This document shows positions 37,599 through 50,616 of a stretch of DNA of 64,000 nt, one piece after another. The DNA comes from Scenedesmus sp. PABB004 (lineage: Eukaryota). Position 1 is the stretch's first letter, and every line of letters starts with the position of its first letter. Location: the NCBI GenBank assembly GCA_014905635.1, contig CM026547.1:4588001-4652000 (forward strand). Direction: 5' to 3'. Both the position numbers and the translations under genes were made by a program. Below the pieces are notes generated by a model. That model worked only from the letters and a program-made list of their open reading frames with translations. It searched no databases and had not been told where the DNA came from.

Positions 37599-38837
37599 AT
37601 GGCGGCCCTCGCTCAGCAGAACATGCGCGCTGCCCGCTGCCCCGCGGCGCGGCCCTTTGGCGGCCGGGCCGTCGCTGCCGCGCCCCGTGGCGCGCGCGTG
37701 GTTGCCATGGTGCGCCCTGGGTGCCGCGAGGGGCCGGCGGGGGCGCAGGGGGGCAGCAATTGGGGCGGGCTGATGGCCTGCGAGGGCGCGCCGCGCCGGC
37801 GGGGGCGGCGGGGCGCGCCGATCCGCCGCGCCCGGCGGTCTGAGCCGCTCACCTCGGCGCAGGCGGGCAAGCGCAACGACGTGAGCGACAGCTACGCGAA
37901 GGCGCTGGTCGAGCTCGCCGAGGAGAAGAACACGCTGGAGGCGGTGCACGCAGACGTCGACGCCGTGGCCGGTCTGATCAAGGAGAACACCAAGGTGCGC
38001 GGCGGCGCTGCGCCGGCGGCGGCGCCCGGCGGCGGCAGCGCCCGCGCGCAGCGGCGCTGCTGCGGCGGCGCGCGGAGCGCAGCTGCGGCGCGGCCCCGCG
38101 GGGGGCGCAGTTGCCGGGAGCGCGGTGCAAGCCGCGCCCGTCGCGGAGGACGCCCTCGCCGGGCGGCCGCCACGGCACGGCGGCGGCGGCGGCCGACGCC
38201 CCGCGCGCCGCCCGCGCCGCCTGCGCGGCGCAGCTCTCGGAGCTCATGTTCAACCCCGTGGTCGAGGCGGCCAAGAAGAAGGCGGTCATCGCCAAGATCA
38301 GCAAGGAGGCGGGCTTCCAGAAGTACACGACCAACTTCCTCAACCTCCTGGTCGAGAAGGACCGCGTCAACCTGCTGAACGAGATCTGCGAGTCCTTCGA
38401 GGAGCAGTACTGCACCCTCACCGACACGCAGGCGCGCGGTGGCGCGGGGCGGGCCGGGCGCGGCGGCGGCGCGGCGGGCGGCGCGGCGGCGGCGGCGGCG
38501 GGGGCGGGCTTCACACGCGGGAGCAGCAGCGCGGGCGCGCCGGCGCGCCGGCGCGCGCGCCGACGGCGCCCCTGCGCGCCCGCCCGCCCGCCCGCGCGCG
38601 CAGGTCGCGACCCTGCGCAGCGCGGTGAAGCTGGAGCAGGAGCAGCAGTTCCTGATCGCCAAGAAGCTGCAGGAGCTCACGGGCAGCAAGAACATCAAGC
38701 TCAAGCCCGTGATCGACCAGAGCCTCATCGCCGGCTTTGTCGTCGAGTACGGCAGCAGCCAGATCGACCTCAGCATCCGCGGCCAGATCGAGAAGGTCGC
38801 GGAGGAGCTCACGCGCTCCATGGCGACCGCCGTGTAG
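37599..38837 (+). CDS. ATPD: Chloroplast ATP synthase CF1 delta subunit
   Basis: Transit peptide, SYAKALVELA, NFLNLLVEKDR, LKPVIDQSLIAGFVVEYGSSQIDLSIRGQ; 3 introns. Confidence 0.97.
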
Positions 38838-39570
38838 GGCGGCGCCCGGCGCGCGGGGGCGAGGAGGGACGAGCGAGTCGAGGGCGGGGCGGCGGCCGCG
38901 CTGCAGCGGCGGCGCAGCAGCAGCAGCCGGGGCGCGCGCGCCTGCAGCGCGACAGGCGGCGCGCCTCCCTGGCGGCATTCTCTGCTTGCTTTCTTCTGGC
39001 CAGGCGGCGCGGGCGGGCGGCGGCGGCGGCGGCGCCCAGCGCAGGCGCGCGGGGCGGCGCCGCCGCGGCCGCGCCCGCCCGCCCGGCGTGCGGCTCCAGA
39101 GGCCGTGCGCGCCGCTCAACAGGGTGGCGCGGCGGCGCGTGTGTGTGTGTGTGCGTGTGCGCGTGCGTGCGTGCGCCCCAGCCGGCGCGGGCCGCGTGTG
39201 CGGGCGCGTGACGGGTAACGGCGGCGCGACGGTTGAACCTCGGCTCCGCGACGCAACAACAGCTGCTTCTGCAGCGAGCCCCCGTGTCGTGTGGCAGCAG
39301 CAGCAGCAGCAGCGTCGCAAGCCCCGTGTGCGTGCGCGTGCGGCGGCGTCGAGCAGCGGCGGCAGCGATCGATCGCGGTGCCGCCTGTGGCAGCAGCCGC
39401 GCCCGACCGCGTGGCGGCCAGGGATCCGCCGTTCAATCTGCCTGCCGCTCGCCCGAGCAGCCCCGCGCCCGCCTGCGCCCGCGGCGGGCGGCGGCAGCAG
39501 CGGCACCGCCGGCGATGGCCGCGGCGCGGCGCGGCGGCGCCGCCTGATCCCGGCCGCCCGTCCCCGGGCC

Positions 39571-41951
39571 ATGGCTCCGTCCGGCCTGTCCCTGCGCCGG
39601 CTGCTGGCCGTGGCGGCGGCGGTGCGGGGCGCCTACCTGGCCGCCGTGCTGCTCGGCGCGGCGGCGCTGCGCGACTACGACACCTCGGCCGCGCTGCTCT
39701 CCGAGGACTGCCGGGACGGCTGGCCCGCCGCCGTCGCGGCGGCCGCGGCGCAGGCGCGCGCGGCCGGCCGCGCGCCCGCCGCGCACCCCTGGGTGGTCTG
39801 GGACTCTGTCTTTTTCGCGCGCATCGCGGCGTGCGGCTATGAGTACGAACAGTACCACGCCTTCTTCCCCGGCCTCCCCGGTGAGACAGGCCGCGCCGTG
39901 GGCTGCCAGCTGGGCCGCGCTCGGCTGGCGCTGGGCCGGCACGGCGGCCGCGCCGCTGGGCTGACGCGCCGCCGCCGCCGGGCTGACGCGCCGCCGCCGC
40001 CGCCGCCGCCGCCGCGCCGCAGGCGTCGTGCGGCTGCTGCGCGCCGCGGGTGGGCCGCGCGCCGCGCGCTGCCGCCGCCGGCGGCCGCCCGGGGCTGGTC
40101 GCCCCGCGCCGCCCGCCGCTGACCGCCCGCCGCGCGCCGCACGCCCTGCGCCGCGCCACGCCCCCGCCAGGCGTCGCGCGGGGGCCGGCGGCGTTTAGTC
40201 TGATCACGCTTGCCCTGAACAATGCCCTCTTCCTGCTCTCAGTCGCGCTGCTGGCCCGGTGCGCGCGTGCACGCCGCCGCCGCCGCGCTGCCGCGCGCGG
40301 GCGCCACGCGCCGCGCCGCGCCGCCCCACCCCTGCGTCGCCCCGCCCGCCTGGCCGCGCGCGCGCGCGCGGCGCGGGGCCAGGCTGAGCCAGCACGTGCT
40401 GCGCGACGACCGGCTCGCGTGCGGCGCGGCGCTGCTGTTTGTGCTCAGCCCCGCCTCGGTGCACCACGCGCTGCTCTACACCGAGGCCCTCTTCACCGCG
40501 GCCAGCTGGGCGGGCCTGTACGCCCTGTACTGCCGCCGCTGCAGCGGCGCCGCGGCGCTCGCATTTGCCGCGTCGGCCGCGACGCGCAGCAACGGTGCGG
40601 CGCCCCGCGCGCGGCTGGCTGCCCCCGGCGCGCCCCGCGCGGCGGCCTGCGTGCGCGCCGCCCGGCCCATGTCGCCCCGGCCTGCGCAGGCCTGCTGAAC
40701 GCGGGGTTCCTGCTGCACGAGCACGGCCGCCGCGCGCTCGCTGCGTGGCCCGCCAGCCGCGCGGCCGCGGCGCGCGAGGCGCTGTCCGGCGGGCTCGCGT
40801 GCGCCGTCGTCGCCGCGCCGTGGGCGGCGTACACGGCCTACGGCCACGCCCAGTTCTGCACCGGTGCGGCCCCCCGCCGCCGCCGGGCGCCCCAGCCCCC
40901 CTCGCGGGCAGCCCCCACCCGCGCCGCGCGCCGCACGCCGACGACGCTGCGCGCCGCGCGCAGGCGTGTACGGCGGCGCCGCCGCGCGGCCGTGGTGCGG
41001 CGGCGCGCTGCCGAGCGCGTACGGCTACGTGCAGCGGGCGTACTGGGACGTCGGCTGGCTGCGCTACTACCGGCCCTCGCAGGCACGGCCCTCGCCCGCC
41101 CGTTTCCATGCCCCTGCGCGCCGCCCACACCCGCCGCCCGCCGCGCGCTGCCGCCGCCGAGTGCCGGCCGCCGCGCACCGCCCGCCGCGCGCCGCCGCGG
41201 TGCTGCACCGCGCAGATTCCAAACTTCCTCATCGCGGCGCCCGTGCTGCTGCTGAGCGTGTGGGGCGCGGCGGCGTACGCGGCGGCGTGCCCGCACGTGC
41301 TCGCCACGGGCGGGCTGCTGCCGCGGCGCACGCTCGCGCGCTGGTTCGGCGGCCGCGCGCGGCGGCGGCGGCGGCTGCGCGCGCCTGCCGGCGCTCACGC
41401 TCGGGCACGGCTGCAGCTGCTGCTGCGGCGGGCCCAACAAAACGGACGGCAGCGGCGGCCTGAGCGCCGCGGCCAGCAGCGGCAGCCTCGCGGACGCCGG
41501 CGCCGCGCCGGGCGGCGCCCGCCCGCCCGCCATCCCGGGCGTCGCCTTCCAGCCGCTGCGGCAGCGCCAGCACGCGGTCGGCGCCGCGGCGCGGTCCCCC
41601 GGCGCCAGCCCCGCGGGCTCGGCGGCCGACCTGCGCAGCCTCGGCGCCGGCGCCGCCGCTGCCGGCGCCGGCGGCGGCGGCGGGTGCAGCTGCGCGCGCG
41701 GGCGTGGCTTCTACGCCCCCGCCGCGGCGGTGTTTGTGCTCCACTGGGCCGCGCTCACGGGCGTGTGCCTGGCGGTGATGCACATCCAGGTCGCCACGCG
41801 CTTCCTGTCGAGCTGCGCGCCGCTCTACTGGTTTGGCGCGACCGCGCTCGCGCACGGCCCGCCCCGCCTGCGCGCCGCGCTCTGGTGGCACGCCGCCGCG
41901 TTCATGGGCCTCGGGGGCGTCTACTTCTCAAACTTCTACCCCTGGACCTGA
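39571..41951 (+). CDS. PIGV: GPI mannosyltransferase II (PIG-V/Gpi18)
   Basis: DYDTS, WDSVFFARIAACGYEYEQYHAFFPGLP, YTEALF, TRSNG, YVQRAYWDVG.LRYY..SQIPNFL, HIQVATRFL, NFYPWT*; apparent frameshift near 41355. Confidence 0.92.
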
Positions 41952-42240
41952 GGAGGCGGCCTGGGGCACCGGCGAGGGGAGCCGGGCGGCCGCGGGCGCA
42001 GACTGAACCCGCCGCGACCAGGGCTCAAGCACCAGACCGCCGCGACGCGTCCGGCCGTGGCTGTCCTTGCATCCCGCCACTCGTGGCGTGCCCCACAAGC
42101 GCTTTCCACGCGCCCGCGCGCGAACGCCCTCACTCCAACGCGCCGCTGCCGCGCCGCTGCAACCGTTGCCGCCGCGACCGGCGCGGCGCTCAATTGCGTC
42201 CGCGCCGTCGATCTCTTGCCGGACACGCCAGCAGGCAGCC

Positions 42241-45071
42241 ATGGCGATGATCAGCGCGGCCCGGGTGCCCGCGGCATCGCGCGCGCGGCCCCAGCGGCCG
42301 AGCCAGGCGCGCGCCGCCCTGGTGCACACCCTCTCCTCGCCGCTGCTGGGGAGGCGCTCCACCAGGCTGGTGCCGCGCCGCCGCGCCACGCGCACGGCGG
42401 CGACGGAGGGTGAGAGGCTCCGCCGCTGCTGCGTGGTGCACGCAGCGCCGCCGCCGCGCGCCGCCCGGCGGGCCGCCGCTCGCCTGGCCGGGCCGGCTGG
42501 CGCCGTGGGACGCCCCTGAGCCCGCTCCCGCGCCGCGGCGCCCGCAGTGGTCGAGGCGCCGGAGGCACTCGCTGCGGCCGAGGCCGACGCGGCGGTCGCG
42601 GCGGGCGCGGCGCCGGCGGCCGCGCCCGCGCCCGCCGGCGCGCAGCCCATCAACTGGTACCAGCAGTGGTACCCGCTGGCGATCATCCAGGACCTCGACC
42701 CCCGCCGCCCCACCGCCGCGCACCTGCTCGGCGAGCCGGTCGTGCTCTGGCGCGACGGCGGCGGCGCGTGGCGCTGCCTCGCCGACCGCTGCCCGCACCG
42801 CCTCGCGCCGCTGAGCGAGGGGCGCATCGACGCCAACGGCACCCTCATGTGCTCGTGAGTCAGGACCCCGCGGCGGTCGTCCGGGCCCGCGCCGCTGACG
42901 ACCGCCTGCCGCGCCGCTGACGCCCGCCCGCCGTGCCCTGACCACCGCCCGCCGTGCCCTGACCACCGCCCCCCGCCACAGCTACCACGGGTGGGAGTTC
43001 AACGGCGCCGGCGCGTGCACGCGCATCCCGCAGGTCGGCACCCGCACCGCGCCACGCTGCGCCTGCGCCTGCCGCGCGCGCGCCACGCCGCCGCCGGGCC
43101 GCGCGCGACACAGCGGCCGCGCCGCCGCCGCCGCCGCCGCCGGCCGGCGCGCAGATCGGCGACCCCAAGGCCGCGGCCACGGCGTGCAGCAGCGGCCGGT
43201 CCTGCGTGGCCAGCTACCCCGTCAAGGTGTGGGGGCGGCGGCGGTCCTGGTGCTGCCCCCCCCCCCCCCTGCCTGGCGCTGCGCGCGCTGTGCCGCCGCT
43301 CGCGCGCGGCCGCGGCGCCCACGCGGCCCGCCGCGCCGCGCGCAGGAGCTGCACGGCCTGCTGTGGGTCTGGGGGGACGCGAGCGCGGCGGGCGCGGCGG
43401 CGTCGCTCGAGAAGGCGCCCGCGACCATCCCGGAGCTCGACGACCCTGCCGACTGGGAGCCGCGCACCGGCTGGTTCATGCGTGACATCCCGATCAGCAT
43501 GGAGACGGTCGTGGAGAACGTGAGCGGAGAGGCCGAGGCAGGGCAGGGCAGGGGGGACGGGGAGGCCCTCGCCGCCGCGCCGCGTGTGTTCCGCACCGAC
43601 GCCGCGCATGCTGACGCCTCGCTCGCGCCGCGCCGCGTCTCGGGCGCAGGTCGTCGACCCCTGCCACGCGCCGTGGACGCACCACAAGGTCCAGGGCGTG
43701 CGCGGGCAGGAGAAGGGCACCGAGATCCGCCCCCTCAGCCCGCCGCTGCCGGGAGGGTTCAAGATGGAGCAGGACAGTGGCCGCTTCAAGGCGACCTTTG
43801 AGTTTGTCGCGCCCTGCTTCATCAAGTGCGCGCGCCGCGCCGCGCCGCGCCGGCGGCGCCCGGCCGGCCGGCGGCCCCGCAGCAGTCGCCGCACTGCGAG
43901 GCCCAGGCGCCGCCCCGCCCACGCGGCGGCACCGCCCACGCGGTGGCGCCCGCCCGCGTGCCCACCACCGCGCAGGTACACCTTCCCAGTCTTCGGCCGC
44001 GTCATGGCGGTCTACGTCGTGCCCACGCGCCCCGGGTGGTGCCGCATGGTCACGCGCTTTGTCAAGAGCAGGCACAGCTACGCGCGCCGCCCGGGGCTCA
44101 TGGGTCTCGTGCTCAAGGCGCGGGCCGGACCCGCGCGCGCGCGCGGCGCGGCGGCAGCCACGCCGGCAGGCGGCGCGGAGCGGGCCGGCGCGCGGGGCCG
44201 CCTGCGGCGGCGGCGGCGGCGCCGGGGCTGGCGCGCGTGGGGCCGCGCCGCGCCGCCGGCTGACGCGCGGGGCCGCCGCGCCGCGCCGCCGCCGCCGCGG
44301 CGCAGGCGATGGAGTTTGTGGAGGGCAACCGCGTGCTGGAGCACGCGCTGATGCGGAACAAGGTGCTCGACGGCGACAACCACATCCTGCACGTGCAGGC
44401 GCGTGCATGCGTGCGTGTGTGCGTGTGTGTGTGCGCGCTGCGTGTGGCCAGCCGGGGCGTGCGCGCGCCGCGGCCGCGGCGCGGCGCTGGGCGCTGAGCG
44501 CTGAGCGCGCGTCGCGTCGCGCCGCAGGAGCGCGAGCTGCTGGCGGAGGGCGCCGCGGGGTGGCAGCGCGCTTATTACATGCCCGGCACCAGCGACACGG
44601 GTGCGACGCCGAGCGCGCCGCCCGCCGCGCAGCCGGCGGCGCCCGCCGCGCGCACCGCGCGCGCCGACGCTCCCCCCCCCCTCCCCCGCTGCCGCAGGCG
44701 TCGCGGCGTGGCGCAGCTGGCTGTCGCGGTACGGCTCCGCGATGCCGCTGCTGCCCCGCAAGCTGTCCGACCTGCCGCCGCTCATGAGCCGGCGCGAGAG
44801 CCTCGACCGCTTCGGCCAGCACACCGCGCACTGCCCCGACTGCCACAAGGCACTCAAGCGCATCGACCTGGCGCTGCCGCTCACGTGGGCGGCCGCGGCC
44901 GCGGCGCTGCTCGTCGCGGGCGTCGCGGCGGCGAGCGGCGCGCCGCTGCTGTCGGGCCGCGTCGCGGGCGGCGCGGCGGCCGCGGCGCTGCTCGCCCTGC
45001 TGCACCGCTCGCTCGCGGGCTTCAGGGAGCTCTTTGTGTTCCGGGACTACGTCCACGCCGATGTGCCGTGA
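42241..45071 (+). CDS. Chloroplast Rieske non-heme iron oxygenase (PAO/TIC55/PTC52 family)
   Basis: Rieske DRCPHRLAPLSEG...CSYHGWEF, mononuclear Fe site ENVVDPCHAPWTHH, C-terminal HTAHCPDC and TM helices; about 9 introns. Confidence 0.93.
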
Positions 45072-45631
45072 GCAATTGCAATTGCGATTGAGCGAGCGAG
45101 GAGCAAGGAGTGAGGCCGGGCTGGCGCGAGCGGGAAACACTGGACACTGTTGCACGTGGCGCCGGCGGCGCTCCGCGCGCGCCCCGCCTGAGCACCCAGG
45201 CGCGTCCCAGCCCGCGGGCCGCCGCGCCGCACACACACGCTGCTGGCCGCCGTGCCGCGCGTGCCGCGCGTGCCCGCTGTCCGTCCGGGGGTGGTGGGGC
45301 CGCGGCGCGCCGCCGCCGCCCCTGCCCCGCCGCAGCAGCCTGCACGGCCCCACACCCGTGCCTGCTCAGCACGCAACCCCAAACAGACTTGAATACAGGC
45401 GGCGCGCGCGCGCCGGCGCACCGAACAATCGCTGACTGATGTACAGCCGCACTGCCTGCGCACCCATTCCGCCGCCGCCAACCACGCCGCTCTCCTGCAC
45501 GCGTTCCGGCGCCGCTGCTCGCGGGCGCGCAACAGGCGTTGCGCCGCCGCGCGCGGCCGCGCGCTCGCTGGGGTGGGCCGGCCGCGCTGCCAGCCCGCCC
45601 GCCTGCGCTCGCGTCGCTGCCGCCGCCGCCG

Positions 45632-48600
45632 CTACTGCGATTGCTGCTGCTGCTGCTGCTGCTGCTGCCGCTGCAGCCACTGCTCCAGCCGCGACGCCGG
45701 CAGCGCCGCCTCGAGGCTGCCCACCGCGGCGGGCGCGGGCTCCGCCGCCGGCGGCGCGCCGCCGGCGCCCACGAGCTCGGCCGCCGCCGCGGCCGCGGCG
45801 TCGCGCAGCTGCTGCAGCGCGGCCCCCATCTGCAGCGCGGGCACCGCGGCCGCCTCCTGCAGCTCGTTGGGCGTGGGCAGCGCGCCACGCACCACGTACT
45901 CTCGGAGCATGTCAGGCACCTGCGGGCGCGGGGAGGGGGGGGGGGGGCAGGCGGGGCGCGATGAGAGGCGGCAGCGGCGGCACGCGAGAGGCGGCGGCGG
46001 CGCGCGGCACGCAGGCGCGCGCTGGGCGCCGCGCCGGGCGCCGCGCTGGGCGGCGCGCCTGCACGTGCTCCAGCCATTCTGCGAGCGCCTCGCCCTCCAC
46101 GCGCTCGTGCTTGGTGAGCAGCGCGCTGAGGCCGTCGTGGATGGAGCGGTTGGCGCTGATCACCGCCACCGCCACGCCCAGCGCGCCCGCCAGCAGCGCC
46201 TTGACCTGCGCGGCGGCGGCGGCGGCGGCGGCGTGTCGGCGGCGGCGCGTCGGCGGCCGGCGCGGCGCATGCTGCGAGCGCGCCGCGCCGCGGGCGCGGC
46301 GCGCGCGCGGACACGCGCCTCTGCCTCCACCAGGCGCGCCATGTCGCCGTTGTCGCGCATCAGCCACGCGCCGTCGTCGGCGGCGCCCGCGGCGAGCACG
46401 CCGACGTTGAGCGGGCCGACCGCCGCCGACAGCCCAAACTCGCTCACGCAGCGCAGCGCGAGGCCGGTGGCGCGGCGGATGTCGTCGACCGCGCCGGTCG
46501 ACACGGACGCGCAGGTGAGCTGCTCCGCCGCGCGGCCGCCCATGAGCATCGCGAGCTGGCCCCGGATCTCGCCGTCAAACATCAGCGCACGGTCCTCTGG
46601 CGGCGCGCGCGGCGGCGGCGCGGCGGCGCGGCGGCGGCGTGGGCGCGCGCCGCGGCGCGCGGGCACGAGCCGTTCACCCGAGCGCCCCGCGCGTCCGCGG
46701 GCGCCCCGCCCGCAAGCAATCAAACAGGCCGCGCACCGGTGTTTGGTGGGATGTAGGTGAACCCGAGGGCGCCGCCGGTGCGGGGGATGATGGACAGCTT
46801 GGCCACGGGCGCGGAGCCGGGCAGCAGCTTGGCCACCGCGGTGCTCACCAGCGCGTGCCCGACCTGCGCGGGCGCGGCGGACGTGGCGGCGACGCGTGAG
46901 TCTGGGCGGCCGCGGCCGCGCGCACAATCCAGCAGGCACACAAGCAGGCGCGCGCGTGCACACGCGCGCGCGCGCACAGGCGCGGTGCCCGCGCCCCACC
47001 TCGTGCCGCGCGACCACCTCCTTCTCAAGGCCCTGCAGGATGCTGCGCTTCTTCTCGATCCCCGCGACGCTGCGCAGCACGGCGGCGTCAAACTCCTCCC
47101 GCCCCACGAGCGCCTTGTTGCCGCGCCCCGCCAGCAGCGCCGCCTGGCGGGCGGCGGGGCGGTGGCGGCGCGGGCGCAGAGTCGGTGGCGGCGGCGGGGC
47201 CGGGCACGCACGGGCGGGTGCAGCGCCGAGAGGGGGGGGGGGTGACGGCCGGCGGTCAACGACTCCGGTCGAGCGCCCCGCGCCGCACCTCGTTGACCAG
47301 GTTTGCGAGGTCTGCGCCGGTGAAACCCATCGTCATCGTCGCGATCTCCTCCACGCTCACGTCGGGCGCGAGCGGCAGCCCGCGGCGCCCGAGGTGCACG
47401 CCCAGGATCTGTGGCGGGAGGGGCGAGGCCGCGGGCGGGCCGCGTGAGCGCTGCGCCGCGGCGGCGCGCGCGCCCCAGCGCTGGCGGCCCCCGCGCCGCC
47501 GCCGGCCGCCGCGCCTGCTGGCGGCCGAGCTTGTCGGGCCGCTCCACGGACACGCGGCGGTCGAAGCGCCCCGGGCGCAGCAGCGCGGCGTCGAGCACGT
47601 CGGGCCGGTTCGTCGCGGCGACGCAGATGACCACGTTGTCCTTGTCGCTGTCAAAGCCGTCGAGCTCGGTGAGCAGCTGGTTGAGCGTCTGCTCGCGCTC
47701 GTCGTTGCCCACGCTCCGCAGGCGCATGTCGCGCCCTTTCGCCACCGCGTCAATCTCATCGATGAACACGATCGCCGGCGCCTCCTTGCGCGCGTTGGCA
47801 AAGAGCTCGCGCACGCGCATGGCGCCCATGCCGACGTACAGCTCCACAAACTGGCGTTGGTTTGGTTGGTTCAGAGTGAGGTCGGGCGGGCGGCGTGGCG
47901 TGGGGGGCGGGCGGGCGCGCGGCGCGGGGCAGGCGGCGGCGGCGGCGCGCGGCGCGGCGAGTGCGCGGCTGGTACACCCGCGAGCGCCAGATGGCGCGCA
48001 CCTCTGACGCGCTGATGGAGTAGAATGGCACCCCCGCCTCGCCCGCGACCGCGCGCGCGAGCAGCGTCTTGCCTGCGGCGCGCAGGCGGGCAGCGCGGCG
48101 CCGCGCGGGTCGGCCGCCGCCGCGGTGGCGCCCGGGCGGGCACTGCCGCAGCGCTGCACGCGCCGCACGCGGCGCCCGCGCACCCGTGCCGGGCGGCCCC
48201 ACCAGCAGCACGCCGCTGGGCGGCCGCGCGCCGAGCTTGCTGAACTTCTCGGGCGCGCGCAGGTATTCCTGCGGGCGGGCGGGCGGGCGCGCGCGCGCGA
48301 GCGCGCGTGAGGCCGTCGCCGCCGCCGCCGCCGCCGCCGGCCGTGCAGCCGCCGCGCATGCGCGCGCCGGGGGCGCCCCGCGCGGCGGGCGGCGCACCAC
48401 AATCTCCTGCAGCTCCTCCTTGGCCTCGTCCACGCCGGCGACGTCGGCAAACGTCACGCGCGCGCCGCCGCCTGCCTCGCCGCCCTTGTGCTTCCGCCCC
48501 GCGAGCGCGCGGCTGGGCAGGCGCAGCGGCAGGCGGTTGAATGCGGAGAGCAGCAGGAACGCATACAGCGCGTACACCTGCGTGTCACCGCCAGGCGCAC

Positions 48601-48764
48601 GGCAGCAAGGGGGGCGGGGCGGGCCAGGTTGAGAGGCGCGGAGGGTCGGCCGGTCGCGCGCGGTGGGCAGCCGCCGTTGCGGCTGCCCGCCGCCCGCCGC
48701 CGCCTGCAGCAGCGGGTGCAGCAGGCGGCGCAGGGCCCCTGCCGCCCCCTCTGCCGCGCGCAAC

Positions 48765-48809
<45 letters not shown>

Positions 48810-49686
48810 GGTGCAGCAGGCGGCGCAGCCCCTCCTGCAGCGGGGCGCACCATGATGGTCATGACCTTGCCGCCGCGCTTGTCGGCCGCGCTGAACGCGA
48901 CGCCGTTCTTCTCCAGCGTCGCGTAGGGCAGGCTGTAGTCGGCGGGGCGCGTCGTGCTGAACACGACCTTCGCGGCCGACACGCCCGCCTCGGGCACGCC
49001 CTCGGGCGGCTCTGCGGGGGCGCGGGCGGTGCGCGTGGGCGGCCCCCGGCCCCGCGCCGCTGCGCGCCACCGCCGCCGCGGCCGCGGCCGCCGCGCGCGC
49101 GCGCACCTGGCAGCGCCAGCGACGCGGGCTTGAGGCCGAAGCTCACGTGCAGGCCGTCGACGGCGACGCTGGAGACGTCGTCGTGGCGCACGCGCTTAAT
49201 GAACTCGCTAAACGGCACGCTCACCACGAGCGTCTCGCCCTCGCCGCCGCCGAGGCGGCCGCCGAGCGGCCACAAGCGCATGAGGCAGAAGAGCATCAGC
49301 AGGTTGACCACCAGCCGCACCGGCGCCGCGGGCTTCCAGCGCGCCGCGACGCGCGCGAGCCACGCGAGCGGGCCGCGGCTGCCGCCGGGCGGCGTGCCGG
49401 GGCGGCGCGCGGGGTCGCCGCCGGCGCCGGCGCCGCCGCTTCTGCTACCGCTGCTGCTGCTCGCCGGCGCGCTCGGGCCGCCGCCGGTCGGCTTGGCCGC
49501 GGCGCGCGGCGCCACGGCCGCCCAGCGCGGCCGCGGCGGCGTGGGCCGGGCGCGCGCGGCGGCGGCGCCGGCGCACCGCGGCCGCGCCAGGTGCGGCGCC
49601 GCCGCCGCCAGAACGCGCAGCTGACCGCCGCCGCAGGCGCCCAGGGGCCTCTGGGCGGCGGCGCACGGCCGCCATGCGCCCGCCAT
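45632..49686 (-). CDS. Plastid ATP-dependent zinc metalloprotease FtsH (FtsH7/9-like)
   Basis: [61 protein letters not shown] (split by an intron), [14 protein letters not shown]; about 11 introns. Confidence 0.95.
48766..48808. repeat. (CAG)n microsatellite in an FtsH intron
   Basis: About 14 uninterrupted CAG units between FtsH exons. Confidence 0.9.
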
Positions 49687-50616
49687 GGCCGCAGGCGCGC
49701 CCGCCAGCGGCGCCGCTGCTCTGTGCTGCGGCGGGCGCCGAGCGCCGTGTGCGGCGCCGCGAGCGCGGGCGGCCTGCAGCGCAGTCGGGGGAGCGACGCC
49801 GGCCGGGGAGCGGCAGCCGGCCGGGGAGGGGAGCGCCGCTGCGCTGCGAGGGCTCGGCGTGCGTGGATGGATGCCAGAGCAGCAGCAGCAGCAGCCTGCG
49901 CGGTGCTGTGGCTGCCTGTGGGTGCGCGCGCTGCGAGTGTGCGGTGGTCGAAGAGTGCGTGGGCAGGCTGGGGGAGGGCGCCGGGAGCTGGCGTCTGCGG
50001 TTGGTGCCACAGGGGGTTAGGGCGTCCGCCACGCGCACCCACGCCCACTCGTCTGGCCACCCACTCGCGCACACACGCAGCGTCGGCAGCCAGCGCTCGC
50101 CCCAGCTCAGCAGCAGCCCGCCCCGACTCGCTGCACTCCCGGCGCTCTCGCGCCTCCTCCTCCGAGCTCCTCCACACTCAGGTGAGACCGTGCGCCATCG
50201 AGCGCGCCCGGCAGGCCGCGCCCGGCGGGGGAGCCGTTCGCCATCGGGCTCGCGTGCCCCCCTCTGCACGCCTGGGCGCCGTGCGGGGCCTGTGGCGAGG
50301 CCCAGGCTGAGGCAGCGCCACCACGCGCACCGTCGTCGCCGCGGACCGCCGGCCGGGCGCCTGGGCGCGCGGGGAGGCGGCCTGCTGCTGCCCGCGGGCA
50401 GCTCCGAGCAACCGCAGCCTGGCGCGCGCCCGGGGGCCCCCCGCGCCACCGGGGCGCTGCCCAGAGACCGTGATTGCCAGCACAGACGCAGCCGGCGCAG
50501 CCGCAGTCGCGGCGCGGGGTCCCGACGCCGCCGCTCCGCTGCTCGCCTGCGCCGCGCGGCGCCGCCGACCGGCCCTGCCTCGCAGGACCCGCGCGCGCGC
50601 GCAGGACCGCGGCAGG

